DNA of 64,000 nucleotides from Gnetum montanum (Eukaryota; Plantae; Gnetophyta). Below are positions 39,469 through 53,890 of the stretch, piece after piece. The DNA is taken from the NCBI GenBank assembly GCA_015680685.1, contig MNCI01002045.1:281249-345248 (forward strand), written 5' to 3'. A program made the translations under genes and the position numbers. The notes under the pieces are model-generated. The model had not been told where the DNA came from, searched no databases, and saw nothing but the letters and a program-made list of their open reading frames with translations. Within the stretch, counting starts at the first letter, position 1; every line of letters starts with the position of its first letter.

Positions 39469-42400
39469 ATGTCTAGAACTCAAAGAATAAATTGGAAAGA
39501 AATGGAAGGCCAAGTTAATGACTGGATAAATGCCCTTGAAGATCAAATTAATGAGATTAGGGTTGTTAAAAAAGAACTTTGTCACTCAAACCAAGGGTTC
39601 AGGACAGAGATGCAAAATATGTCTGAGGAAATTAGGAAATTATCCCAAAGTTTAAAGGATAAATGGTCAGACGTGCAAGGAAAGATAGATTCCTTTGTAG
39701 ACTCCATCAAGCAATTAATCGANTTATCTCATTATATTTAAGAGGATTTGCGGCAACATGGTAAAATGGATTGAGATCTTAAGGTTTGATTACAAATTGA
39801 CTTAATTTTTGTTGAGATTTCGAACAAAAATTTGTTTCTGATTCCTTTCTCAAAGAGCGCAAAATGAGATTTGATTCCTTAAGGTTGGGAATATGATCCG
39901 TAGATGATTATACAAGCAATTCTGTGTTCTTTCTCGATATGTAAGTTATCAAGATGAGGGAGAATTAACTTCAAAATTCATTGAAGGATTACATGCTCAA
40001 CTACATCCCCAAACACAAGCCCATAATCCTTAAACCATTGATGAAGTATATAGAATTGCTAAGAATTATGAGGAATCAAATCAGATACAAGCTACCCTTC
40101 GATAAGAAACTCTTCGACAAGCTACCTTTTCACAAGCAACAGTAAAACACCAACCAAAAGAGGTCAATCAGGATCAAGATGTTTCATTTATGGCGAAGAT
40201 CATTTCAAACAAGATTGCCCAAAATTTTGAGCAAAAATACAAAGACCAACCAAATCAAGAATCAAAAACCCAACCCAAATGTGAACAAAGGAAAAATTCC
40301 AACCACCACCACAGTTGTGAAGAAGATATCTACATCAACTAAATCAAGGTTGTGTAAATTTCAATTTACTTTACTGATTTTTGAAGGTTCAATTAAAAGT
40401 AAACAAATTGAATTTTTGATTGATAGTGGTGCTAGTGATAACTTTATTTCTCCAAAGTTAATTAATTTATTAAAATTAAGTTTACCTTTCAAAAAAATTA
40501 TTAAGATAGAATTAGTAGATGGAACAACTGTGAGCAAGCATACCCGATATGGAGAAATTAACTTTACCTTGCAAAACATGTCTTTCATTGATGAATTCTT
40601 TGAATTTGAACTAGGCAATGTTGATGTAATTTAGGAATGTCTTTCTTGCAAAAATTTGATATTACTGCCCACTTTAAAACTCGCATTTTAAAAGTTCCAA
40701 TCACTGACAAAGTTAGGATTCTAAAGGAGGTAGGAATAGTAAAGCAAATTCATACGATAACTATTAAGAAAGCTAAAAGATTAGTCAAAAAAGGTGCTAC
40801 AATGTTGGTTGTCAAAGTAACCCAACTTCAAAGATCTTCAGGTATTGAGATTCCAAAAGAACTTAAGGAATATAAAGATTTAGTATTTGGTGAAACTAGA
40901 GAACTACCTCCAAAAAGAACTGTCAAGTATGCTATTGATATTTTTCCTAGTACACATCCTGTTTCAAAAGCCCCTTATAGATTTTCTACTTCTAAATTAA
41001 GAGAATTAAAAGTACAATTAGACCAATTATTGGAAGAAGAGAAAATTCGACCTAGCGCATCACCTTAGGGTGCATTAGTCTTATTCGTTAAAAAGAAAGA
41101 TGGTACACTAAGATTATGCATCGATTATAAAGCATTGAATAAAGTGATGATTAAAAATACTCATCCTTTGCCTAGGATCGATGATTTGTTTGATCAACTT
41201 ACGAGTGGATGTTATTTTTCAAAGATTGATTTAAAATCAGGTTATCACCTAATAAGGATCAAGCAGAAAGATATTGAGAAAACTACTTTTAGAACTAGGT
41301 GTAGGTTACACGAATTTGTTGTGATGTCGTTTGGATTAACTAATGCACCTGCAACATTCATGGCATTAATGAATAATATTTTTCATGAATATCTTGATCA
41401 ACTTGTTATAGTATTTATGGATGATATAATTTATTTATTCTAAGTCAAGAGAAGAACATGCCAAACATTTGAAAATTACAATAGAAATTCTTAAAGAGCA
41501 TCAGCTGAAAGCTAGATTGAGTAAATGTGAACTTTTTAAGGAAGAAGTTTCATACTTGGGTCATATAGTTTCTAAGAAAAGATTGCAAGTAGATCCAGCA
41601 AAAATTAATGTGATCCAGGACTGACCTGAATTAAAAGATGTTACAGTGGTTTGTAGCTTCTTGGGTTTAGTTGATTTTTATTAACGTTTCATTAAAGATT
41701 ATTCTACCTTGGTAGCCCTATTGAATGACCTTTTGCAGAAGAAATGTGTGTTCAAGTTTGATGAAAAATGCAAGGAATCTTTTCTCAGATTAAAGATGCT
41801 ACTTGCAATAGCACCTATTTTGAGAATTCCGAATGAAGAATTACCGTTTGAAGTATCCACGAATGCTTGTGAAATATGAATCAGTGCAGTTCTTTCATAA
41901 GAAGATAAAGTAGTATGTTATGAATCTTGTAAATTACGAGGAGCCGAGGTAAATTACTCAACCCATGATTTAGAATTACTATCAATTGTTCATGCTTTGA
42001 AAGTTTAGAGACATTACCTTTGCAAAAAAAGGTTTGTATTAAAAATAGATCATAAAAGTTTAGAATATTTGCAAAGACAGCCTATTTTGAAGATTCGTCA
42101 AAGGTGATGGGTAGAATTATTGGTTGAATATGATTTTAAAATCAAATATATTCCTAGTAAGAAAAATGTGGTAGCTAATGTCCTTAGTCAAATGTATAAC
42201 TTAATGATAGGTGTGGTAACGATCCCCTATGAAAGAAGAAATCAAGGAACAAATAAAAAAAGAAGATCCTTATTTTAAAAATATTTTAACCAATATTTCC
42301 TACGAGCCTTGATATCAACTTACCTCTAATGGGTTATTGATGAAAGGACAAAAAATGTGCATTCCAAAAGGAAATTGGAGACTAAGGTTGTTGTGTAAAG

Positions 42401-43629
42401 CACACGAAGTACCATACACAGGACACCCAAATTATATTAAGACCTATATGATAATTGGAAAATCTTATTTTTGGCCTGGAATTAAGAATGATGTGTCCTC
42501 GTACATTAAAAATTGTCCAATGTGCCAAAGAATAAAAGCTAAATAGAGGAAACCCAATGGATTATTACAACCTATGGAAGTCCAACGTGGAAATGGGAAG
42601 ATATCACTATGGATTTCATTATGGGATTGCCAATAACCAATAAGGGAAATGACTCAATTTTCATAGTGCTTGACTATCTATCAAAGATGGCACATTTTAT
42701 AACTTTGAAATCTACAAACACAGCAAAAGAAGTAGCCCAAAATTTTGTATGTGAAGTATTTCGATTGCATAGTTGTCCAAAATCTATCACCTCAAATAGA
42801 GATCCCAAGTTCATATCCGAATTCTAGAAAAATTCTTCAAAGAGCTTAGAACCCAATTGAAATTTAGCACATCTTACCACCCTAAGACTGATGGACAAAC
42901 TGAACATGTTAATAGAATATTAGAAGATATCCTTAGAAGCTATGTTGGGAATAGACCAAAAATGTGGAAGAACTATTTGCACCTAGCAGAATTTTCCTAT
43001 AATAATAATTATCAAGGTTTTATACATGGAACACCATTCAAAATAGTAAATGGACATAATTGTCGTACAGCACTAACCTAGGCAAATCCAACCTTAAGAA
43101 CAGAATGGAAGGAAGAAGAAATAAAAATAATGGAAAAAAATGTCACAAAAGTAAAACAAAATTTACAAGCTGCCCAAAATAAATATAAAGGATATGCAAA
43201 TCAACATCGACTTAAAAAAAATTCCAAGTAGGAGATCAAGTATTACTAAGAGTAGAACCTACCAAAAGTTCTCTTAAACTGGGAAAATATACTAAATTGG
43301 CATCTAGATTTTGTGGACCTTTTAAAATCTATGAAAGAATTAGCGAAGCAGCATATTGATTGAATCTTACAGCAACCTTAAAAACTCATCCAATTTTTCA
43401 TGTAAGCTTGCTAAAGAAATTTCATGAAAATGATGTACCATATGTGCTAGATTGGAATACCTTGACATTACAATCCAATGCTAGCTTTGAAGTTAAACCC
43501 ATTGCTATTAAGAACCAATGAATCAAGAAATTACGAAATAAAACTATCAACAAAATACTTGTTCAATGGTCAAATTGTGCTCAACAAACTTGTAAAAACA
43601 AGGAATTTATTTTAAATACTTACCCCTAA
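39469..43629 (+). pseudogene. Degenerate gag-pol with chromodomain
   Basis: gag with coiled-coil N-terminus; PR LIDSGASDNFIS; [30 protein letters not shown]; RH NYSTHDLELL; INT H..GH..CPMCQ, MDFIMGLP, YHPKTDGQTE, GPF; chromodomain ..KILVQW. Confidence 0.95.
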
Positions 43630-46600
43630 CTTTTTTATCATTATGATATTAAATGATAAATTGTATTTGTTATAGATGTAATAAATTATGTTTTATAATT
43701 TCTGATCTTCTACTTGTATAGGTGATAATGAGGAAAATAAAAGAATCGAAGCTAAGGAGCATAACGATGAAGCAACAACTGAGTAGCTAAATATAAAGGA
43801 AATGCTCAAGGACAAGCTAAATGCCCAAGGGGGTAGATTGTAATGTCTCGTCTCCTATTAAGGGTGGAAAAAAATTGTAAACAATGTAATTAACCTTCAA
43901 AAAGAAAGAGAACACCTTGTTATGACAAATTATGATTATTCATGTATCCCTCGAGAAAGGGTTTGACCTAGGCCATTTAAGGCCAAGGTTAGAGGCCGTG
44001 CAAGGCATGGACTTGTAGAGCTAAAAAAACAAGTAATGGGAGCCAGGTTGATGAGTGGTGAGGTACCCCTACACTCAACCATACGAATACGAGTGTTTCA
44101 CGCATGATCCGATTGAACTTCGCAGACGGGCTAGTTGTGGTATCTAGACAGTTACTCATAGGTCGTAGTTCGCTGTCTTCCCACCTGGACTAGTATTATC
44201 TTCGTCATATATGGTTTAGTCCAGAGTGAGTTGTATGATGTGTTTCTACATTAGTACTACTCCTGAGTATGATGGAAAATAATATTAATTAAACTAGGGG
44301 AGAGAGAAAGAGAGAATCTAACTAGCCTAACTGCGATGAGTATCTGTTCCTTAATCATCCGTACACATCTTGGACCTCATGCACGACTACCACTAGGATT
44401 ACCAAGTGTATGGCCTAAGTACGCTACTGGGTTACCAAGTAATCACAATTGAATGCTCGTGATTAAGTCGTACTCATTCCGTGTTTAATAGGAGATAAGG
44501 GTGAAGAGATATTAACTAGGAAAGCAGCAAATAACAATTAAATAAATAATTAAGCTAAGTGGATGCTGAAGTCATCTCGATCTTTATTGCTGGTCATGTG
44601 CATGTCCAAGTACGTCACACTCGAATAAGGATGTCGTACAATTACAATCACCACACTGTGGACATGCACTGGGAGGAAAGGGTTGAGAGAAATCTAAACT
44701 TAAAAACTTACAATAAAATCTAAGAACTAATGCTTAGAACAAGGAAAGCTGCCTCTTATTTATAGAAATTGAGGAAGGTTGTGATATCGTGGGGCAGACG
44801 CGATATTGTGGCTGTGATATTAGGGGTTCGATAACTGGGCCTGACAGACCATATCTTATATCAGGTCTCCGATAACAGGGCTCCGATAACTGGGCCTGAC
44901 AAACCATGACTCATCATACCCCCACGACTGAATGAAAACTCGTCCTCGAGTTAAAGTGAGAATAGGCTCCATTGATTACACAGTGGATAGGTATGGGACT
45001 ATTGACTAACTAGAATGAATTCATGCCGTAGTGTGAAGGCAGAACAAAATTGAGACACAACACAAAAGAAAATCCTATGATTACAAAATTTGATGGAACT
45101 CATATAGTTCCTGGTGGCAGTGGCTCCTCCATGGGTGTCTTTCCCTTTTCTTGTGCTCCAAGTCTTGGGATTTGATGGCGTTGAAGTATGGCCTGGATTT
45201 TCTCCTCTTGTAAGGCCTTGAGTGCCTTNGAGGTGATCCCTAACGGCCTCTGGAGCAAATTCTGCGAAAGGTACAAAGTTTAATTCCATGATCACTATAG
45301 TGAATATGGACCTTTCATGGATGGTTTGAACACAATCCTGGGGCAACGTGAGATATCATCCCTATTCAGACATTGCAGTAGCTCCTCCTTTTACCTACCT
45401 TGATTGTACAGTGGCAGGGTCTTGTCCTTCACCTCTGCTAGGTCATTTGATCGCACCTTGAGCAATACCTTCCTATTGTTTGCGTTTTGGGACCATCTGC
45501 AATCACATAGGGCCAATCGTTAGTAAGGTTGTTACCAAAGTTAGGTTATACCTTACTACTTGCCTTAATAGATTTACTTTATTTCCGTGTGATGTTAATT
45601 ATTGGAAGAACATGTTCCCGAATGATTATAATGTTGAGTCGTCTTTGCTTAGGTGGTTTTCAAATTTAATTTTCTAGTATAGCTAAGGGGATGAAATTGT
45701 TTTTGGCACATTTTATTCTTAATTTTACAACTAATTACTCTAAAATATGTCCTTTAGGCAATGATGAATTTCAAAAAATTTATGCGCTATTCAGCATGTG
45801 CCCCTCCCCCACGACTAAGTTGAACACTCCGAGTTCAAGTAGGTTTAGACAGAATGAACATCGAAGTAATAGTGAGCAAGATATAGGTATAAAAGCAAGG
45901 GTCTCACAATCGCAAGTCATAGAGAAAAATTCAAAAAACTCCCCCGCCTAAATAGTGGAAAATGATGGTAAGTGTTGCGGGGGGATCACGTATATATATT
46001 TTCATCGAAGTTAGGGCACTTAGAGAATGTACCGAATTTTTAATATATATATATATATTTGAAATTAAACGATGTAAACTAAGGACATCTGGATGATTGT
46101 TAAAGGGTTCCAGGGTAATTCAACTAGTTCTGAAGGCACGAAAATTATGATGGTGTGGAATTTATCAATAAGGAAAGCGGATGATAAAGAAAAAGGCTAT
46201 GTGATGGTTCATGGGAACATTGAATCAAAGGGATAGTAATAAAGGAAAGAAAATTATTGGCAATATGCTAAGGGTAACAGATGAAGTGCGAAAGATGGGT
46301 CATGAGTGCAAATTACAAAAATTACACAAGTGGGTCCTCCCCAAAGCAGGTTCCAACCTATAATGCCCTTGCGTAACCACACTTAAAAGTGTCTCTGGGC
46401 ACTCAAAGGGTTAAATGTAATCCGCACTGGTTCCACAAAACACACGCATGTAAATACCACCGGGATGAGGTAAGAATTCTATGCTATACAAGACACGAGC
46501 TACAATCACATGAATAGCGAGATGAAACGGAATATAGAAAGGATTGTAGAGATTGGAACATGAGGTAACTGACTCAGGGCACAATGAATCCTGCATGTAA

Positions 46601-47187
46601 AGCATGATTAATGTGTTATTAACCCGTTGTTCCAAGATCAGGACCAAGTTCATTCCTCTGACCAGTGACACCGCATTGTTTCATCCCATGATGAGCAACT
46701 ATAAGAGTACCAGAACAACAAGGCCTACGATCACTTGGCATTTTTTTCAAGGGAGAAGTGATTTTTGTTTTGTGGCACTTCATTTTTTTTTCCTCTTTCT
46801 TCTCTTTTTTTTCGATTGTTGAATCCAGAGAAGCCACCAACCTTCAAGCATGGGTGCATGTCTTTCCAATGGGACCCCCTAGAACAGCATTGGATTTTTG
46901 AGTGCCTTTTGATTACTCTTACTCCCATTTTTCATTAGATATACAAGGATCTTAGTACAACCACGTTGCATGATAACTCTCACAAACGTCACAAAAGAGA
47001 ATCTCTAAGTCCCCTTGATGTCACACCCTAATCATTCCCTCTTGGTCCATCCTTCTTTATTCTGGGTACAATAAACACAAAATTAATTTTAAGATGTCAA
47101 AAATATCACTGTACCCTCGAATAGAACCTCTTATTTGTAGAGTGGATGAGTGGGTGTAATGGGCTCACTATCCAAATAATTGATCAC

Positions 47188-47342
47188 NNNNNNNNNNNNN
47201 NNNNNNNNNNNNNNNNNNNNNNNNNNNNNNNNNNNNNNNNNNNNNNNNNNNNNNNNNNNNNNNNNNNNNNNNNNNNNNNNNNNNNNNNNNNNNNNNNNNN
47301 NNNNNNNNNNNNNNNNNNNNNNNNNNNNNNNNNNNNNNNNNN
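47188..47342. other. Assembly gap (N)
   Basis: Run of N. Confidence 1.
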
Positions 47343-47423
47343 CATTGGGGTTCACACACTTGATTATAGTAAGCATAGTGGGGCAATTTGTAAGATGTAG
47401 TTCTTGGGTAAAGAGTTGACCCA

Positions 47424-49191
47424 CTATGATGTTTGTGAATGGTATGCAAGGATTGGGATGTCGCTCTCCATGGTTGTATTCATTGGACCGTATGGTTGTT
47501 GGAGTGTTAATTGGTGGCCCTGATGAAGTAACATGAGGCGTTGGGTTCGAAAATAAGGGTGCACCACAGGGTTGGACTTGTGCTGAGTTGGAGAATCTAG
47601 TGGCCTTGGAATTGTGTTGTCCCTTCCTAAGGTCATTTCTAAAGAAGGGACACCTTCAATGTTGTTGAGGTCTCTCACTGCCGTTGGCAATCGTAGCACA
47701 AGTAACGTTCAGGAGTTGTTGTGGTGCAGATACCTTAGGAACAGTTGGTGGTGATGTAGAAGGAGGGAAAGGATGAGAATGTTGAAAATTAGGAGAAGTG
47801 TGCGGCACACAAAACGATGGTTGTGTTGAGGACATGGGCTAATAGTATTGAGGAGAATGATAATGCGGTGAGATAGAGTATGTTGGCTCAGTTGGAGAAA
47901 CAGGGTATTGGACTATATAAGCATTTGGATTCGGATGATATGAAAGGTGTCTCCAGTTTAGGGGTGGCTTCCCCCATGACTAGGATTGTTGCCACTGTGA
48001 TCGAACACAGTATCTCTGTACGAACTTGGGATGTAACGTGCTTCCCCAATGCTCATATAAATGTAACAAGATTGGGCATTGGCCCTTGGGATAATCGTAT
48101 AGGCAAATGTTGCATTCATACGTGTGATTGGCAGTTGATCTCTTATTTTCCTTATCCCTTCTTTCCGATTGTCTAATGATACTTTGTCCTGCTTCTCGGG
48201 TTGTCAAAACTCTATCTCCAATGATATCGATATATTCTCCACACTTTTTATGCGTCCATTCCAACATCTTATTGATCTTTGCCTCGACTTCCTCTAACAA
48301 TTGTTGTATCGGCAAAAATGGTTCTTTCCTCTTATGGTAATTCAATTTCTCCTTTTTGTGATTATGGACCTTTTGTTAAGTTGAGATTTTGGTCCCGTTG
48401 ATGTTTTTCAACACTCTCCCATATAGCCATTTCTCCTTCTTCTTTTGCTACCCACTTAATAAGCTCCTGGACTTGATGAGTTTGTAGTTCGTATATTTGT
48501 CCTTGGGCATACATCCCTAGGGTCTCTCTTGTTTCATCACGAAGCCCATCAATGATATGGTACATTAGCCTTTCTTTGGAGAACTTATGGCCTGGATAGT
48601 TGTTTAATAGTGCATAATATCTTTCTAAGGCCATGTCCATATTGTGCTTGTTTCCACTCTTGGATTTGTTTCCTCAAGGCTAACACTCTTACATAGGTTT
48701 GATATCTTTCGTTAAAAAGTTCTACCATTGTTGGCCAATGTTGTATTGAATTTGGTTTTAATAATCGATACCATACTTTTGCTTGGCCAATGTGTCATAA
48801 GGAAGAGCTTGAGTTTTTGCCAACCGTTATCAATGTTGTTCCATGCATAGGCATCGTAGAAGGCTTGTAAATGTTGATGCAGATCTAAGTCAGCCTCCTG
48901 AGAAATTAGGAAAGTTGTTTAAATCGAACCTGGGTAGACAGCTCTCTTTACGATGCCTATGGGAGATTCGAACAGCCTCTTGTATTTGTGTTAGGCTTGT
49001 AGTGGCCAGTAGGGGTTCATCGTCTTCAAGTTATGCTTTTGTGTGTTGGGACGATGTTGCCTTCGTTTATGTTTATAAAAAACCCCCACTTCAGATTGCG
49101 TACGACAACCTTCATTATCAAATAATTCATTGGTTCTCCAATGAATTGCCTCACTAAATGTGGCATTATCATAGTCTTGTAGGAGAGGCAT
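47424..49191 (-). pseudogene. Degenerate gag of the family A element
   Basis: Retrotrans_gag-like AKVWYRLLKPNSIQHW..ALERYYALLNNYPGH..IIDGL. Knuckle CNICLYDYPKGQCPIL is homologous to CEICQYKHPKGCCPII at ~4400. Confidence 0.8.
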
Positions 49192-50759
49192 GATTGTGAA
49201 ACTGTGTGTGAATTTGTATGTGACTTTTTGTAATTACTTCTTAAAAAATATATCGTTAATTCCTATACAACGACCTTGTATGATATAACTAATCTAGATA
49301 ACTAACACCATCCCTGACAACGGTGCCAATGATGAGTGACGAGGTACCCCTACACTCAATCATACGAATACGAATGTTTCACACACAATCCGGTTGAACT
49401 CTACAGACGGGCTAGTTGTGGTATCTAGATAGTTACTTGTAGGTCGCAGTTTGCTATCTTTCCACCTAAACTAGTATTAACTTTGTCAAGTATGATTTAG
49501 TCTAGATTAAGGTGTATGATGTGTTTCTACACTAGTACTACTCCTGAGTATGATGGAAAATAATATTAATTAAACTAAGGAAAAAAGAGAGAGAGAATCT
49601 AACTAACCTAAGTGCGATAAGTATCCGTTCCTTAATCATCCGTACACATTTTGGACCTCGTGCACGAATACCATTGGGATTACCAAACGCATGGCCTAAG
49701 TACACTACTGGGTTACCAAGTAATCACATTGAATGCTCGTGATTAAGTCGTACTCATTCCGCGTTTAATAAGAGATAAGGGTGAAGAGATATTAACTAGA
49801 AAAGCAACAAATAACAATTAAATAAATGATTAAGCTAAATAGATGTTGCAATGATAAAGTAATCTCGATCTTTATTGTCAATCATGTGTGTCCAAGTACG
49901 TCACACTCAAATAAAGATGTCGTACTATTACAATCACCACACTTAAAAGAAAGGGTTGAGAAAAATCTAAACTTAAAAACTTACAATAAAATCTAAGAAC
50001 TAATGCCTAAAACAAAGAAAGTTGCCTCTTATTTATAGAAATCGAGGCAGGCCAAGATATCGGGGGTAACTGAGCCTGACAAACCATATCTTGTATCAGG
50101 GCTCCAATAACTGGGCTCCTATGACTGGGCCTAATAGACCATGACTCAGCACAGGTGAAGTGGGATAAGAAAAAACTGATCACCATGGTGGTAGTGCTAA
50201 ATTGCCTCTAAAGCTTAAATGGCATGGGTTATAAGCATGGGAAAATAACCCAAAGGGCATTACAATACTCTCTTTTATTAATAAAATTTTTCCGTTTTCC
50301 TCTTTTCATTCTTCTTTTACGACATCTGAAAACAGGATGTCACAGAAAAAAGCATAGTGCAGGAAGTGCACTCCCATTGCCCTAAAACTCAAAGTCAATT
50401 AGCAAATCGTGATAAAATTTTGCAGAGATGAATAAACCTTTAAAGTTAGTTGTTCAGTCCTTACATGGACTCATTTTTATTTTACAGAAGATATTTAAGT
50501 CCTCCTTAATTAAGAATTGAACTTGCATCTGCCATTCTGAAACGGCTGGCAGAAACATTAACATCGGTGAGAGTATACAATTTTCAAACAAAATATCCGT
50601 AGTAAATAAAATCATTAACAAAATTGGAAACATGCGGCGTCAAAATACAAGAGTAAGAACGGAATCCAGAAAAGAGATTGCCTCATCCAAATAAATAACC
50701 ATCACAGCAAATGAACACCATAATCAACTATAAACATTTTCCAGTCTAAAACTCTGCAA

Positions 50760-50873
50760 CTAAGCAACTTTTGGTTTCAGAGTTTCTGATGGAAGAGGCA
50801 GGGTTACAGATCTAAGTAATTCCAAAGAGAATACAAGCCCCAGATAATGAGAAAGTAGAGTATTGCCACAAGC
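50760..50873 (-). CDS. TIC21: TIC21/PIC1 exon 4 (ACGNTLLSHYLGLVFSLELLRSVTLPLPSETLKPKVA*)
   Basis: AG acceptor at 50874-50875, TAG stop at 50760-50762. Matches the conserved PIC1 C-terminus (ANTLLSHFLGL..SLELLRSVT). Confidence 0.95.
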   Translation of the reverse strand, partial: ACGNTLLSHYLGLVFSLELLRSVTLPLPSETLKPKVA

Positions 50874-53800
50874 CTGCAGATAGAAAGAAACAATGCAAAA
50901 AAAATCGTCATTTAAATATCAAAGCTCCAACCAAAAAATAAAATTTTTTAAAATAAATCACAAAGTTTTCTAGTCTTAATCATAAGCATCATCTTAGAAA
51001 CCATTCGCTGCGTTACTTAGACTATCCTTTGTTCCATGAATGAGTAACAAGAATCTATAAATGCAGAACCAATGAACAGAAATTCTCAGCAAGTCAAACG
51101 ATGTACCAACTAGGAATATATTTTAACTAAATCCTCGATATGGAATCCAAGCTTTTTAAAATGAGTAACCTACAAAGGTGAGAGAATATTGGGAGAAATG
51201 AGGTGCCTAGAATTCAAAAGCCGCATAACTTGTCTACCTAGATCGGGGGAATTTTAGTTTCCAAGTGATTTTAATAATTCCAGATCAGTAAAATTGGAGA
51301 CTATAAAACCTCATTTTTAAAAATCTTTTCTAAATATACAGGTACATGCAAATTGCATGTTACAATTCCAAACAATGTGCAATCTAAAAACTTTTGACTA
51401 AAAAACCAATCCACAATTCAATGTGCTCCACAGCACCATGGTTCACTGATCTTAAATAAAAGATGGCATATGATCAAGTGATCTCTAAATTAGTGCAAAG
51501 CTATGTAGCGCTGAATCTCTCTTAATCATTAAGATTTCAAGAATAATCCATTGTCCTTAAAAAAAATGGAAAGCTGAATCCATGCAAAATTTTGCTACCT
51601 ACAGTGTGCCTTTTTAATGATATACTACCATGAATTTTAGCTATTGATGCACTTTGTGGTAAAAGATTCATGTTAGATTGAAGGATAAGTTCTATAAAAA
51701 CAGTTATGCAATCTAATATGGTGTAGAACATTGATCAATTGAAAAGGGCATTGCTAAGGTCGTGTAAGTGCTTGTGTGTTAATGGTTTCAATCAGGCATC
51801 TCCCTTCAAGTTCACGAAAAAAAAATGTACGAAAGCCCTTTCAGATCTCAATCAAGAAGAAATCTGGCCTTTTCAATTTTCAGAGATTTTATGGGATCTT
51901 TACTGAGAAACTAGAAAGCAGATAAAAATGGGGCAACATCAGGATGTGCATTTATATGCAAAGAATGGGACACTTTCTAAAGAAAATGCTGCTTTAAACA
52001 AGGTAGAGAAAGTCAAGATAAGTAATCATCTTTGAAAACTTGTAAATTACTGGTAGGGTATCACATAGAAAGACATTTTGTGGAATTGTATCCACCCTGC
52101 ATCCTTCATTGGATGAAGATAAACCCGTTTTTTGAGCTTTACTTATAAGCATGTTGTGTAAAACAAAGCAGAAAGAAGCATGAGTTTGGGCCGGCGGACA
52201 AGGCTTTAATTATTTGCATCAGAAAGAATCCTAGAACTAAAGCAATGCTAGATTACAAAACACAAACCTAGGCCTGTGACTCTATACGTTAAGCCTGAAA
52301 GTAATGCAGATGCAGTTAACCCTCCAAGTAGCAGCAAAATGTTGTGCATCTTTAATCTTGTAGATTTGGTTCTATTACCATGTGATAAATCCAAATATTT
52401 CATACAAAGAAAGAGACAATTGGCAAGGCCTCTATTAAGAGATACCCATTAAGGGGTAACCCTAAATGGATATATGGTGATGGATGCCCATTGACAGATA
52501 TCCATCAGTGAACCTGTACAAGCACCGTAAATAGCCAAGCGGCCTTGCCAAGGATCATTCTTGTGTTTCAGCAATTTAATATGAGCATTTCTTCCATTTT
52601 GTGGTTATTGAGTTTTTACTTTAGTACTTAATACATTCAATGATACTCGTTCAGTGTAAGTACTTGATCTGCAGTAGCGTCAGTAAGCACATATGACTGC
52701 ATATTAAATCCAGTACTATGGATGCACAATCTGTTAAAATTGCCTAACTTACATACCATCAACCCTAATATTAATAAATCAAATTTAGTTAATTTCATAC
52801 TTATGAAATGTAGATTAAAATCTTGATTCTGACAATCCAAAGCTTCAATGTAGCTCAACTGATTTGTCCAAATCAGTGTTGGAATCGCAATTGTGGTTTC
52901 AAATGATTCCATGAAATTCCAGATGCATTGAAGCTTTAGGATGCTTAATTTGAAAAAAAAAAACACTAAAAGGGAAAGATTAAAGGAACCACACATGATT
53001 TGTCTGATTTTACACATGTGCAATTTGTTTATGACAGTTTATCTTCCTACAAGCTAAAGAAAGACATTTCTCAAATGTTAAAGAGTTGTTTGAATAATTT
53101 TTTCCAACTTTCAGGATTAAAAATTAATTGATGCAAGCATTTTGTTTCTTTTTAATCTTTCAGAAATTGGCAAGCAAACCATTTCAAATGTGTTAAAATG
53201 TGAGCAGGCTAGTCCTCCAAGCAAATATTTGTTGAAATAGGTAGCCATGCCAGTAACATTAGCCACTAGACTTTTATAGAAGTTTCTAGGCAATTGGAGA
53301 ATACATCTACACTCAATGAACCTTGGATTAGCTTGAAAGCAATCACATGTATAACTTGATATGAAAAAAAAAATGGAATTAACTGCCTTTTTAAGTGTTT
53401 GTGCCAATTTAGTAAAGGCTCAGGACCTACTTTCAATTTCTCACCTTTCATTATGGATTCAGATATGTGATTGGTTTTATTTCTGCTGCACTATTGTCTT
53501 GCAAACACAACAACAAACCTGCAAGAATATTTTGGGTATAAGTTTATTTCTGGAAAGAAATGAGTTGGAATTCCTGACTAGGGCTCTAGAGGGAATAGCT
53601 CAAATACGAACTAATAAATGAGGAATGCTTCCTATTATGGCTAAAACATTACAATCATTTCAAAGTAATCTTCAGTCTATTCCAATATATTTATGTCATG
53701 TCTTTGGATCTCTGAGGTAGTAAAGAGAGTTGAAAAATTAGAATGTGATTTTTTCCCCTTGAACATTTTATATTTTTTAATTATTTCTTTTGATATGGTG

Positions 53801-53890
53801 TTATTTATTTTATTATTTTTTCATATCGTAGTTTTACTTTTCCAAAAAGACACTATCCCTCTATATCCACTAAAATAAACAATCACCCTT

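Larger units (their letters stand above)
44049..50151 (-). mobile_element. Non-autonomous Athila-type LTR element (family A, subtype 2) with gag only (TR-GAG-like)
   Basis: LTRs at 44049-44916 and 49330-50151; TSD CAGGT (44044-44048 and 50152-50156); PBS TGGCACCGTTGTCAGGGA (49311-49328, minus); PPT at 44917-44930. No PR/RT/RH/INT seen. Confidence 0.9.
34467..50344 (+). mobile_element. Chromodomain-bearing Ty3/gypsy element with a 4.5-kb leader; 3' LTR split by a nested insertion
   Basis: 5' LTR 34467-34974; 3' LTR 43839-44048 + 50157-50344; TSD GCAAA/GAAAA (4/5); iMet PBS at 34977; PPT AAGGGGGTAGAT at 43827-43838. Confidence 0.9.
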
